Shown here piece by piece: positions 10,573 to 20,192 of a stretch of 64,000 nt of DNA. Each line of letters opens with the position of its first letter. The stretch's first letter is position 1. The stretch is taken from positions 21,199-85,198 of the forward strand of contig JBEKKX010000004.1 of assembly GCA_050010515.1 (NCBI GenBank). Reading direction: 5' to 3'. The translations under genes and the position numbers were made by a program. This stretch comes from Candidatus Bathyarchaeia archaeon. GTDB taxonomy: Archaea; Thermoproteota; Bathyarchaeia; Bathyarchaeales; Bathycorpusculaceae. The notes under the pieces are model-generated. The model worked only from the letters and a program-made list of their open reading frames with translations. It made no database searches and was not told the DNA's origin.

Positions 10573-11301
10573 ATGAAACATAATCCTCAAGCAATCACAA
10601 GTGCCATGCAACTTTACTTCTCAGGTGAAAGCCTAAGAAACACTCAAAAGTCACTTAAGCTTTTAGGAGTTGAAGTTTCATATAGAACCGTTCTTAACTG
10701 GATAAAGAAATATGTTAGCCTCATGAAAAACTATGTTGAAACCATCACTCCAAACGTAGGTGACACTTGGAGAGCAGACGAACTATGGATAAAAGTCAAA
10801 GGTGACATGAAGTATTTGTTTGCTATGATGGATGATGAAACACGCTTTTGGATAGCTCAAGAAGTGGCAGAGACTAAATTCACTCATGATGCAAGGAAAC
10901 TTTTGCAGATGTCTAAACAGTGGATGGGAAATAAACCCATGACTTTCATAACCGATGGGCTTCCAGCTTATCATGATGCTTACAAAAGGGAGTTTTGGAC
11001 ACAGAAGAAAGAAACTCGAACCGAACATGTCAGACACATTACGATAAGAGGCGACAAGAACAATAACAAGATGGAAAGAATGAACGGCGAGATTAGAGAC
11101 CGAGAAAAGACCATGAGAGAACTAAAAACCAAAGACACCACAATCCTTCAAGGCTACCAACTATTCCACAACTACATTAGACCTCACGAAGCACTAGACG
11201 GCAAAACTCCAAGCGAAGCATGTGGCATAACGATTGAAGGGCAAAACAAATGGAAAATGCTGATACAAAACGCAAGCAAAAAAGAGATGGAAGAAAGTTA
11301 A
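10573..11301 (+). CDS. IS6-family DDE transposase
   Basis: N-terminal HTH (SLRNTQK...VSYRTVLNW), WRADE, FITDG, NNKMERMNG and HNYIRPH motifs. Confidence 0.9.
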   Translation: MKHNPQAITSAMQLYFSGESLRNTQKSLKLLGVEVSYRTVLNWIKKYVSLMKNYVETITPNVGDTWRADELWIKVKGDMKYLFAMMDDETRFWIAQEVAETKFTHDARKLLQMSKQWMGNKPMTFITDGLPAYHDAYKREFWTQKKETRTEHVRHITIRGDKNNNKMERMNGEIRDREKTMRELKTKDTTILQGYQLFHNYIRPHEALDGKTPSEACGITIEGQNKWKMLIQNASKKEMEES

Positions 11302-11308
11302 TCGAGAA

Positions 11309-11593
11309 CTATGTGAAGCAATATCCTTGTGCATTTAATTCTTTTAGGTAATCTTCAGTAGAAAAAGGGCAATTAATCAAATCTATAAATTTCTTCTTTT
11401 CTAATTTTAACTGTAAGGACATTTTGTTAATCAGATAGTCATTAATCTCATTGCTTCCATGGCTTAATTTCGTATGGATTGAAGTTTTCTTGCCTTTGAC
11501 ATAAAGAATTAGATAAGTATGATCGCCCTCGGACTGGAAAAAGCCTTTCTTTCTCAAACCATTGAGAATTTCTCTTGCCTTAAGAATGGTCAT
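11309..11593 (-). CDS. HicA-like mRNA interferase toxin
   Basis: LRKKGF...GDH...SHG...LINKM..QL pattern typical of the HicA dsRBD-like fold; 94 aa. Confidence 0.7.
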   Translation of the reverse strand: MTILKAREILNGLRKKGFFQSEGDHTYLILYVKGKKTSIHTKLSHGSNEINDYLINKMSLQLKLEKKKFIDLINCPFSTEDYLKELNAQGYCFT

Positions 11594-11606
11594 TGGTGCA
11601 AAGCAC

Positions 11607-12119
11607 CTATTGTTTTATGTGACTTAGAATCCTTTTCTTAAGTTCTTTAGCATCCTTTGTCAATTTGCTATCGGCTTCCTTGCCATACTCATTCCAAATA
11701 AACAAAATTTCTTCTTCAAAATCTTTGATACAATCTTCCAACTTAGGCGACATAGTAACTACATCTAACTCTTCGTTTCGACAAGAGTAACAATTATCAC
11801 TAAAAGAGATACTAGCGACAAAAGGCTCAGCAAACGACAATTTTTTGCCATTAATATCAATATGATCTAATGTAATAAAGTCAACAGATGGCAATTTAGA
11901 CTTTTCAGTCGGTTGCAAGGTCTTTTTAGTCCATGCCATTGAAGAATTTATGGGTGTCATTGAAAGAGCAGATGAACCTAACGAAAAATCCAAAATGTCA
12001 AATACTTCAATAATGGACTGTGTATCTTCGTGCGATACTCGCAGTTTTGGCGTGATAGCATTCTGTCTTCCACCCCAAACTTGAGTAGAAGCGTAGTCTA
12101 ATTGCGTAGCGAAATTCAT
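11607..12119 (-). CDS. Putative HicB-like antitoxin with N-terminal extension
   Basis: C-terminal YSCRNEELDVVTMSPKLEDCIKDFEEEI resembles the HicB partial RNase H fold. ATG 12119 overlaps the upstream stop (ATGA). Confidence 0.55.
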   Translation of the reverse strand: MNFATQLDYASTQVWGGRQNAITPKLRVSHEDTQSIIEVFDILDFSLGSSALSMTPINSSMAWTKKTLQPTEKSKLPSVDFITLDHIDINGKKLSFAEPFVASISFSDNCYSCRNEELDVVTMSPKLEDCIKDFEEEILFIWNEYGKEADSKLTKDAKELKKRILSHIKQ

Positions 12120-12409
12120 TTTGCTGCCACCAGACTCAAGTTTCCATTCTTGAAAATCTTTAGGTTCCATTTTGAGCCAACAGCATATAGAACTTTATCA
12201 GTCTTAAAAATCAACGATAATTCATTGAAGGCAATCTGTTTTCCAACAAAATTCTCTCTTATGGCAGAAGGAATGCGAGCAATTATTTCTGGTTTGTTTT
12301 CTACATAATAGCCAAAATTAACTTGATAAGCTAAATCGCCTGTAGCCATTTCTGATATAACATTAACACCAGTGACTGTGAGTATTTTGTTTACGACACA
12401 TTCAGGCAT
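12116..12409 (-). CDS. Hypothetical passenger protein of the IS6 element
   Basis: 97-aa ORF preceded by AGGAG and translationally coupled to the next gene. Confidence 0.6.
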   Translation of the reverse strand: MPECVVNKILTVTGVNVISEMATGDLAYQVNFGYYVENKPEIIARIPSAIRENFVGKQIAFNELSLIFKTDKVLYAVGSKWNLKIFKNGNLSLVAAK

Positions 12410-12673
12410 AGCCAGTTTCTCCTATTTCATTCAGAAACATTATGTCTTAATTGTTTTCCAACTAATTATAGTTGTTCCTTCAAAATAAATAGTTCGAATA
12501 TGTAATTTTGTTATACTCTCCACCAAACGGTTTTTCACATGAACCCAAAACCAAACGGAGACTTCACAGAACCCTTTCACGTAACCTTTGGATTGGCAGC
12601 TTGGTACTTTGCAATTAACTTTTCTATACAAAGTTGGCGTAAGTTTAATTGTTTAGAAGTTTGATTAGTCGTT

Positions 12674-14023
12674 ATGCCGCGTTTGTGGTTTGACAAGGGC
12701 ACGCTCCTGTTGAAGGGGGAGGTTGGAACTCCATATGGTAAATGGGACAGCCGAAGCGGTTGTTACCGACTTAAGGCTAGCCACTACAAGGACGCCTTGG
12801 GATATTTTAAAGAAAGCAGAATCCACTACGAAGATGATGTTCCAAATCTGCCTCCTCTCGAACAAGTAAAGAGCAACGTGGAACTGAGAACTTACCAAAA
12901 CAAGGCCTTAGACAACTGGCAACGTGCAGGCAACAGAGGAGTACTAGTTTTGCCCACAGCAGCCGGAAAAACCTTCATTGCACTCAAAGCAATTGATCTC
13001 CTCAGAACACAGACATTGATAATCGTTCCCACTTTGGATCTAATTGACCAGTGGAGAAAACGAGTGAGAGAATGCCTCGGCGTGGAAGCCGGCGTCGTAG
13101 GCGGAGGCGAAAACATCATACGGATGGTGACGGTCTCAACCTATGATTCAGCTTACTCCCAAGCGGCACAGTTAGGAAACAGATTTATGTTCTTGGTTTT
13201 TGATGAGGTGCATCATTTAGCTTCCCCGGGGTACATGCAAATCGGAGAAATGTACATTGCACCCTACCGCATGGGCTTAACCGCCACCTACGAAAGAAGC
13301 GACCAGAGACATGCACTTCTTCCACTGATTGTAGGCGACCCAGTTTACTCTATCGACATTGAAGAACTCGCAGGAAAACACCTCTCACCCTACACGTACG
13401 AGAAAGTATCAGTCGAACTGACCCCTGAAGAACAACAAACCTACGAAACAGAGATGAGCGTCTTTAAAAACTATCTTAACCAGAGACGAATCGTCCTGAA
13501 AAGCGCAGCTGACTTTCAAAGGTTCATAATGACCACTGGCAGAGACCCACATGCCCGAGAAGCACTTCTCGCTCGAAACCGCGCCCTAAGAGTTGCAGTC
13601 AACTCCGAGGCAAAACTCAACCAGTTAGCCCAAAGACTTGAAACGTACAAAGACGAGAAAATTCTGATTTTCACACTCTACAACGACTTAGTCTATACGA
13701 TTAGTAAGCGTTTTCTGATTCCAGCCGTCACGTATCAGACCCCAAGGGAGGAGCGCCGCGAAATATTGGCCAACTTCGGAAACGGCAAGTACAAAGTCAT
13801 AGTTACTTCTCAGGTTCTCGACGAGGGCATGGATGTTCCAGACGCGTCAGTCGGCTTAATACTAGGCGGAACCGGAAGCACCCGAGAGTACGTGCAACGA
13901 CTAGGGCGGCTCCTCAGAAAGAAAGAAGGCAAAACCGCCAAACTAGTAGAAATCATCTCCAAGGAAACCGTGGAAGTCGGCATCAGCCGCAGGCGACGCC
14001 TAAAAACTGGAGAGGCATCATAG
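12674..14023 (+). CDS. xpb: XPB/Rad25-like SF2 DNA repair helicase
   Basis: LRTYQ, PTAAGKT, DEVHH, GLTAT, LDEGMDVP and QRLGRLLR motifs. Confidence 0.92.
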   Translation: MPRLWFDKGTLLLKGEVGTPYGKWDSRSGCYRLKASHYKDALGYFKESRIHYEDDVPNLPPLEQVKSNVELRTYQNKALDNWQRAGNRGVLVLPTAAGKTFIALKAIDLLRTQTLIIVPTLDLIDQWRKRVRECLGVEAGVVGGGENIIRMVTVSTYDSAYSQAAQLGNRFMFLVFDEVHHLASPGYMQIGEMYIAPYRMGLTATYERSDQRHALLPLIVGDPVYSIDIEELAGKHLSPYTYEKVSVELTPEEQQTYETEMSVFKNYLNQRRIVLKSAADFQRFIMTTGRDPHAREALLARNRALRVAVNSEAKLNQLAQRLETYKDEKILIFTLYNDLVYTISKRFLIPAVTYQTPREERREILANFGNGKYKVIVTSQVLDEGMDVPDASVGLILGGTGSTREYVQRLGRLLRKKEGKTAKLVEIISKETVEVGISRRRRLKTGEAS

Positions 14024-15592
14024 TTGCTTCCAAGTAACCTGCTGGTGGTGTGGAAGAGAAAAGGCGAGATCCTGCCCCGCTACGCCAAACTCTCCAATGA
14101 CAATCTCGAAGTTGCAGGCGTCCTCATCGAAGCATACAAGAAACATATTGGAGAAAAGAAGAAAGCCCTCAAAACCGTAGTCACTGACCTTGAGAACAGA
14201 GGACACGAGTATCGCTTCGTTAGGGCGTTAGCTTTGCTGCTTGACCGAAAAGGCACATTCACCTGCAACAGCAAAATCAACCCCATTGACTTAAGAAGAA
14301 AAATCTTTCAAGCAACAGAAAAAGTTGGTTTACCCATAACTCCAGAAAAGCGACAAAGAATAATCGATGCCGTCGCTTCAGAAATGGGGCTGACAACGGA
14401 AAACTTTGAGGAGTATCTGTACGCTGACTTAGATGACGAGTTAATTCTTGAAAAGTTTGCTCCTCCCTCAGCATATGAGCTGCTTGAACAGTACAATCTT
14501 AGCCTGTCACAGACGCTTCTATTTGACTCCACAGAACTAAGCTTCACGGCATCTGGCAACTGGCAGAGCCTGTTTTATTTTGTGAAAAAACTGGGTCTTA
14601 TCTATGAGGTGTTCCGCGATAATGGTTTGTGGGTGAAAATAGACGGACCAGCCAGCCTCTTCAAGCTCACAAAAAGGTATGGAATTAGCATAGCTAAGCT
14701 TCTTCCCATAATCGTCGCCAATCCCGAATGGACCGTCAACGCAAAGATACTGTGGAAGTACACAAACGAAATCTGCAACTTCAAAATCGAAAGCCAAAAG
14801 CATGGCACGCTGTTTAAGAAGCCTAATTTGCCACCTGCAACCTACGACAGTGCCGCTGAAGAGAGCTTTGCTTTACAGTTTCAAGCTGTAAAGTCCGGTT
14901 GGACTTTGAAAAGAGAACCGGAACCTGTTCCCGCGGGAACCCAGGTGATAATACCCGATTTTTCCCTTGAAAGAGCCGGCGTCAAAATCTACCTAGAGAT
15001 TGTTGGGTTCTGGACTGAAGAATACTTACTGCGAAAAGCAGAAAAGCTAAAGCAAGTAGAAGTCAAGATGCTTCTGCTAGTTGATGAAGCTTTGGCATGT
15101 GAGAAACTCGCTGCACTGGAGAAGCGACCGCAATTGAACTTCATTTATTATCACGACAAAATCCCCCTCGCATCAATTCTGCGTTACTTAGAAGCCGCTT
15201 TCGAAGGAGTCAAAGCTAGAGAGATCAAATTCTTAGAGAACCTCCCAGTTAAATTTACAGAGCCAGTTATCTCCTACGACGAATTTGCAGCTAGAATCGG
15301 CATTTCCACAGAAGCCGCCAAAGCGGTTCTAACAGTTAATCCTCCTCCAGGCTACGTGGCAATGCCCAACATTCTAGTAAGTAAAGAAAAGCTGATTCAA
15401 ATAAACAATCAAATCGAAGAATGCCTAAAGCAATCAGGAAAGCTACCTCTTACCCAAGCAATAAGGCTAATTGAAGCTGAAGGAGTAAGTGACGCATCTT
15501 GCGCCTTAACTCAACTCGGCTATAAAATTACCTGGCATGGAATAAACAGCGAACAAGCTGAAGTCTCCAAGCCTTCAACGATGGGGGAGTAG
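14024..15592 (+). CDS. bax1: Bax1 (DUF790) endonuclease, XPB partner
   Basis: MLPSNLL start, YNLSLSQTLLF, DGPASLF..TKRYG, REPEP..IPDF, LEIVGFWTEEYL..K; directly abuts xpb. Confidence 0.9.
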   Translation: MLPSNLLVVWKRKGEILPRYAKLSNDNLEVAGVLIEAYKKHIGEKKKALKTVVTDLENRGHEYRFVRALALLLDRKGTFTCNSKINPIDLRRKIFQATEKVGLPITPEKRQRIIDAVASEMGLTTENFEEYLYADLDDELILEKFAPPSAYELLEQYNLSLSQTLLFDSTELSFTASGNWQSLFYFVKKLGLIYEVFRDNGLWVKIDGPASLFKLTKRYGISIAKLLPIIVANPEWTVNAKILWKYTNEICNFKIESQKHGTLFKKPNLPPATYDSAAEESFALQFQAVKSGWTLKREPEPVPAGTQVIIPDFSLERAGVKIYLEIVGFWTEEYLLRKAEKLKQVEVKMLLLVDEALACEKLAALEKRPQLNFIYYHDKIPLASILRYLEAAFEGVKAREIKFLENLPVKFTEPVISYDEFAARIGISTEAAKAVLTVNPPPGYVAMPNILVSKEKLIQINNQIEECLKQSGKLPLTQAIRLIEAEGVSDASCALTQLGYKITWHGINSEQAEVSKPSTMGE

Positions 15593-16040
15593 GCAGTCCA
15601 GTAGCTTACCTGTCCGCTACTGAGAACTGGAAAATTCCAACCCAAAGAAAATTCTGCTAGAAGCTCAGACGACCTTAGCAATTATGAACATAGTGGAGGC
15701 TCATAATGTTTACGTGCATGCAAATGTAGTTCTTTGGTGTTTTCAAAATTTGAGCCACACCACGGGCATTCAAAATCATCTTTCATAATACCATCAAACA
15801 TACTAAAACTATTTTGTTTTTAAACTTGTGTGGGTGGCTAGTGTATACAACAATTCTTCAAACAAAAGAATAAAACAGCAAAATTAAGAAAACAAAGCTT
15901 CCAGTGCAGTTCACACCCTTATTTGAACACGCAATCAAGAAAAACGTTCTGATTTCTCATGTAGAGCAAGACGAAAAGAAGATCAAAAATGCGCTCAAAA
16001 AATTCATGCACCGAGAAGACAAATGTAGAGTGGCAGCTCT

Positions 16041-16431
16041 TCATATTTTTCTTATTATCATGTAGACTATCCCAGAAGCCAGCAGCAGAGCCGTCCATAT
16101 CCACTGTTGCAGCGGCAAAAACACCATTAAACCTAAACAGGAGATGAGCCCCGCAATCGAAATCATTCTTGGATAGAGATTTTTCTCAGGTTGCAACTTC
16201 AAAGCGATAATGTTGGTCACGGCGTAGTAGATCAAAAATCGTCAAGCTTGTTAGCGTAGCAACCTGTACCAAGCTTCCAGTTAAAACTAGTGCAAGCACT
16301 ATTGCTGAAGTCACAATGACCGAGTTAACCGGATTCACATCCCTCATTTGAGAGGGAAACTTTGGAAAGTCATTGTTACGCGCCATCGCAAACACAGTTC
16401 GAGACGACGAAAACAAATCAATTAACAACAC
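16041..16431 (-). pseudogene. APC-family amino acid permease remnant (C-terminal, frameshifted)
   Basis: SRTVFAMARNNDFPKF...LTSLTI continues as LIYYAVTNIIALKL in another frame near 16235. The N-terminal part is missing. Confidence 0.7.
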
Positions 16432-16572
16432 CCAAACCTAACTTCCGCTTCCTTCCATGAGTTCAACTCCATCAATAGCACAGCAACTAAACAAAAATCG
16501 CATAAAAATGAAAACCTTAATAACTAAAAAAGCACTTATCAAGAAACTACTTCAAGTCGAAGGGAAGATAAT

Positions 16573-17496
16573 TTGAAAAAGATAATAACTATGGTAATTA
16601 TAGCAGCTTTAGTTTTAGCTGCGTTTAGTATGTTGTCTACGCAAAGTGTGAAAGCGGCCACATCTGAAGCCAGTGTTCTTACTTACAGCTGGTATACTGC
16701 TCCTTCAAACACTGTCCTAGCATCAGCACCTGGCGATTTTATCGTCGTCGGTGAAGTTGAGAATGTGGGTTCAAACATCATAGAAAACGTAACTCTTCAA
16801 GGCACCGCTCTCAGCTCCGCCGGAACGGCGTTGGCCACAACCACCACTCAAGCATTCGTGTACCATACGCTTCCTGGGCAGAAGGCTCCTTTCTACCTGG
16901 ACTTTACTGCTGCAAGTAGCACCACAGACAACCTAAGCTGGATCTCTTCAGTCAGCTCTGTCCAAGTTATAGTTACTTCCGTTACTGATACAACTGCCAG
17001 ACAATATTCAGGTGTGATGATTCCAGCTGAAGGTGGCAGCTCTGCTTACACCCCCGGTAATGGCAGCTACATTGTTATAGGAACCATTGTGAACAATGGA
17101 ACTCAAATGGATCAATATCCCTGGGTTGTTGCAACATTTTATAACAGTACTGGAGCAGTTATAGGTATGAATTTCACAGTTGAGCTAACTAGCTCTCTTG
17201 CCCCTACTGACGCCTTAAGGTTTTTTGCAACACCCACAGATGACACATCTCAATTGACAAGTGAAATAGCCAGCTACTCATTAATGGTTGATTCCTTAAC
17301 CATGTCGAGTTCTACTTCAACACCTACTTCTTCGCCCACCTCCTCACCTTCAAAATCAACGCCACAACTGCCAATATTGCCCATAGCAGTCGCAGTAGTC
17401 GTCATTGTAGTCGTCATCGCCGCTCTGATGTTACTTAGAAAACGCCAAAAGATACCTCCACCGCCCCCGCCGCCACCCCCACCACCAACTCCCTAA
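16573..17496 (+). CDS. Secreted FxLYD-domain membrane-anchored protein with polyproline tail
   Basis: Signal peptide, two IVVGEVEN/VIGTIVN...ATFYN Ig-like repeats, S/T/P linker, C-terminal TM helix, RKRQK and then 11 Pro. Confidence 0.75.
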   Translation: MKKIITMVIIAALVLAAFSMLSTQSVKAATSEASVLTYSWYTAPSNTVLASAPGDFIVVGEVENVGSNIIENVTLQGTALSSAGTALATTTTQAFVYHTLPGQKAPFYLDFTAASSTTDNLSWISSVSSVQVIVTSVTDTTARQYSGVMIPAEGGSSAYTPGNGSYIVIGTIVNNGTQMDQYPWVVATFYNSTGAVIGMNFTVELTSSLAPTDALRFFATPTDDTSQLTSEIASYSLMVDSLTMSSSTSTPTSSPTSSPSKSTPQLPILPIAVAVVVIVVVIAALMLLRKRQKIPPPPPPPPPPPTP

Positions 17497-17660
17497 CAGC
17501 CTCCGAACTCAATCTTTTTTCTCCTCAGTTATATTCCTGAACAAGACACCCATACCAAGCATGAGAGCATACATAGTAACATTTTCTGCAGAACTGTAGA
17601 TCCGTAAGTGGGTTAGCTTTGTGTGCTCTACTACCTACCCGGGTAGTATAGTTATATACG

Positions 17661-17686
17661 TTTTGACGGTACATTTTGACGGTACA
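17661..17686. repeat. 13-bp perfect tandem duplication
   Basis: TTTTGACGGTACA x2. Confidence 0.85.
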
Positions 17687-17878
17687 GTTGGGCTGGCAGT
17701 AAAGTTTGAGTGGTTTCTTGGCTTGGATTGCTCAGGCTTCTGCAGGTAAACATTCTTAGGTGTCGTTGAAGGCTTTCAAGCCGCCTTAAGTTGGCTTGCA
17801 AATCTACTTAGCAAGTAAAAGCGTTAGACCCAAGCAGGTGCCAGACACTTTCGGAACTACTGCAAAAAACCAACAAAT

Positions 17879-19012
17879 CTAGGTTGCCTGTTGATTTCCA
17901 TTCTTATTATTATGCAGTTCCGATAATCTGAGAAGCGTCTCCTTGTAGACCTGAATGGCGTTCAAGTACTCGCTTATGTCAATGTGCTCATCCAAAGTGT
18001 GATCAAGATGCGAATCGCCTGGACCATAAGTAACTATTGGCAAGTTCATGGCTCTGCCAAGAATGTTCATGTCGCCCGTGCCTGTTTTGCGCAGAAGCAT
18101 TGCAGGTTTGTTCAGCACTTTCCTAACCGACGAAGACAGCACATGCACTATTGGTGAAGCCTTGTCAACTTCGAAAGGCTCAACAGTGTCAAGAACGGTT
18201 GCTTTCACTGTAACCTTTGGATTAGCAGCTTGGTACTTTGCAATTATCTTCTCTATCTGCTCAAAAACCTGAGCCGTGGTAAACTGTATTGGCACTCGGA
18301 CGTCAAGATTCATCTCAGCCTCAAAGGGAACAACAGAAGTTGCTCTGCCACCCGCAACTTTAACCAAACACGCCGTAACAGCATTAAATGGGCTTTCCGA
18401 AGGATCCAACGAGGGATAAGAAGAAGCGTTTTTGATTAGTCCCCAAACCTCATACGCTTTCTCCAAGGCATTATCGTAAAGCCAAGGCGTAGACGAATGC
18501 CCCGTCTCAGTTTTGCAAACGATTTTGAGCTGGATTTGGCCTTTGTAGCCAATGGTTACGTTCTCAACGCCGCTGGGTTCACCGAAAACAGCGTAGTCAG
18601 CCTTAATTCCCTGAGTTATCAGATGCTTCACACCGCGGCTGGTAGCTTCCTCTTCCACAACGCTGGCAACCAAAATTTTACCCTTAAACCCAAGCTCCTT
18701 AGCAGCCGAGACTGCAGCCATAATCATTGCGGCAAGCGGACCCTTCGCGTCCACGGCGCCTCGAGCGTAAATTTTGCCTTCTTCAATCCGAAGCGGCAGA
18801 TGCCCGGCTACCGTATCCATATGCCCGCATAATAAGATAACTGGTTCGCCCTCGCCGACAACGCCGATTACATTTCCAATGGCGTCTTTGCCAACCTCAA
18901 AACCCATCCGCTTCATTTCATAAGCTAAGAAGTTGGCTGCGTCCTCTTCTTTTCCTGAAGGGCTGTAAATGCCCAGAAGGTTAGTTAGGAACCGTACTGC
19001 TTGCTCGCTCAT
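17879..19012 (-). CDS. lysK: [LysW]-lysine/[LysW]-ornithine hydrolase (M20)
   Basis: GHMDTV, GAVDAKG, VEEE, GEPS, TGDMN and YGPGDSHLDHT motifs; position in the lysW cluster. Confidence 0.9.
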   Translation of the reverse strand: MSEQAVRFLTNLLGIYSPSGKEEDAANFLAYEMKRMGFEVGKDAIGNVIGVVGEGEPVILLCGHMDTVAGHLPLRIEEGKIYARGAVDAKGPLAAMIMAAVSAAKELGFKGKILVASVVEEEATSRGVKHLITQGIKADYAVFGEPSGVENVTIGYKGQIQLKIVCKTETGHSSTPWLYDNALEKAYEVWGLIKNASSYPSLDPSESPFNAVTACLVKVAGGRATSVVPFEAEMNLDVRVPIQFTTAQVFEQIEKIIAKYQAANPKVTVKATVLDTVEPFEVDKASPIVHVLSSSVRKVLNKPAMLLRKTGTGDMNILGRAMNLPIVTYGPGDSHLDHTLDEHIDISEYLNAIQVYKETLLRLSELHNNKNGNQQAT

Positions 19013-20192
19013 TTTCCTCTTCCCCAAAAACCTCATCTAGAACCGAGACTGCCCGATCGATCTGTTCTTTCTCAATCACCAAAGGCGGCAACAGTCGAAC
19101 CACGGTTCTTCCAGCATCCAGCACCAAAACACCTTTTTCCGCCGCTTTGAGAATTACGTTGTGAACGTCGTAGCGCAGTTCCATACCAAGCATTAAGCCT
19201 AAGCCGCGAACTTCCTTGATGATTTTATGCTTAGCCTGCAAACCTTCCAGCTGAGCCTTCAAATACTTGCCCATAACGGCTGCTCGGTCAGTGAGTTTTT
19301 CTTCTACAAGCGCATCTATGGCGGCGCATCCTGCGGCACAAACCAGCGGGCTTCCACTGAAAGTGGTTGAGTGCTCACCGATTTTGAGCGCTGACATAAT
19401 GTTCTCCTTGGCAACGGTTATACCGATGGGTAAGCCGCCTGCAAACGGCTTCGCCAAACACATAACATCAGGCGTAACACCCCAGTTTTGGCACCCGAAC
19501 AGTTTGCCCGTGCGCCCAAAACTGGTTTGCACTTCATCAAAAATTAACAAAACATTCTTTTCATCGCAGATTTGCCGCACTGCCTGCAAGTAACCGTCAG
19601 GTGGAACGCGAACGCCGCCTTCACCGCGGATTGGCTCCATCAAGACTGCGGCTGTTTTCTCAGTTATCGTTTCACGAATTTTATCGGCGTTGTCAGGGGC
19701 TACATGCTTGAACTCGGGAACCAGCGGCATGAAAGGCTCTCTGTATTTCTTGTCCCATGTTGCTGATAATGCGCCCATAGTTTTGCCATGAAAAGCGCCC
19801 ATTAAAGCAATTATTTCTGGTTTGTCCGTGTATTTGCGGGCGAGTTTTATAGCGCACTCGACGGATTCAGCTCCACTGTTTGAAAGGAACGCTTTATCCA
19901 AGCCTTTCGGCGTTATCTGCACAAGTTTTTGTATGAATTCGGCTCGTTTGTCGTTGTAGTAGCCGCTGTGACAGGTAATAAGTTGCTCTGCCTGAGCTTG
20001 AATGGCTGCTACAACTTTTGGGTGACAATGCCCCAGCAACGCTACACCGTAGCTGCTTGAGCAATCCAAGTATTCTTTTCCGTTTATGTCCCAGACAAGC
20101 GCACCTTTGCCTCTTGTTAGTACGATTGGTTTTTTGGAGAAAACATTTGCCATGAACCGATTTTCAATATCCATTATGTCTTTGTCATTCAC
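18981..20192 (-). CDS. lysJ: [LysW]-aminoadipate semialdehyde/acetylornithine-type transaminase
   Basis: Class III PLP enzyme: NSGAES, FHGKT, EPIRGEGG, DEVQT, LAK. Confidence 0.9.
   Translation of the reverse strand: MNDKDIMDIENRFMANVFSKKPIVLTRGKGALVWDINGKEYLDCSSSYGVALLGHCHPKVVAAIQAQAEQLITCHSGYYNDKRAEFIQKLVQITPKGLDKAFLSNSGAESVECAIKLARKYTDKPEIIALMGAFHGKTMGALSATWDKKYREPFMPLVPEFKHVAPDNADKIRETITEKTAAVLMEPIRGEGGVRVPPDGYLQAVRQICDEKNVLLIFDEVQTSFGRTGKLFGCQNWGVTPDVMCLAKPFAGGLPIGITVAKENIMSALKIGEHSTTFSGSPLVCAAGCAAIDALVEEKLTDRAAVMGKYLKAQLEGLQAKHKIIKEVRGLGLMLGMELRYDVHNVILKAAEKGVLVLDAGRTVVRLLPPLVIEKEQIDRAVSVLDEVFGEEENERASSTVPN

Larger units (their letters stand above)
10409..12573. mobile_element. IS6-family element with passenger genes (2,165 bp)
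   Basis: TIRs GGTTCTGTGAAGTCT(T/C)CGTTTGGT at 10409-10432 and 12550-12573 (23/24 match); direct repeat CTTTCACG at 10401-10408 and 12574-12581; internal DDE transposase. Confidence 0.92.

Noticed and set aside
12674-15592. Helicase + nuclease pair beside a mobile element as a novel defence system
   Set aside because: Matches the known archaeal XPB-Bax1 repair pair and lies outside the IS boundaries.
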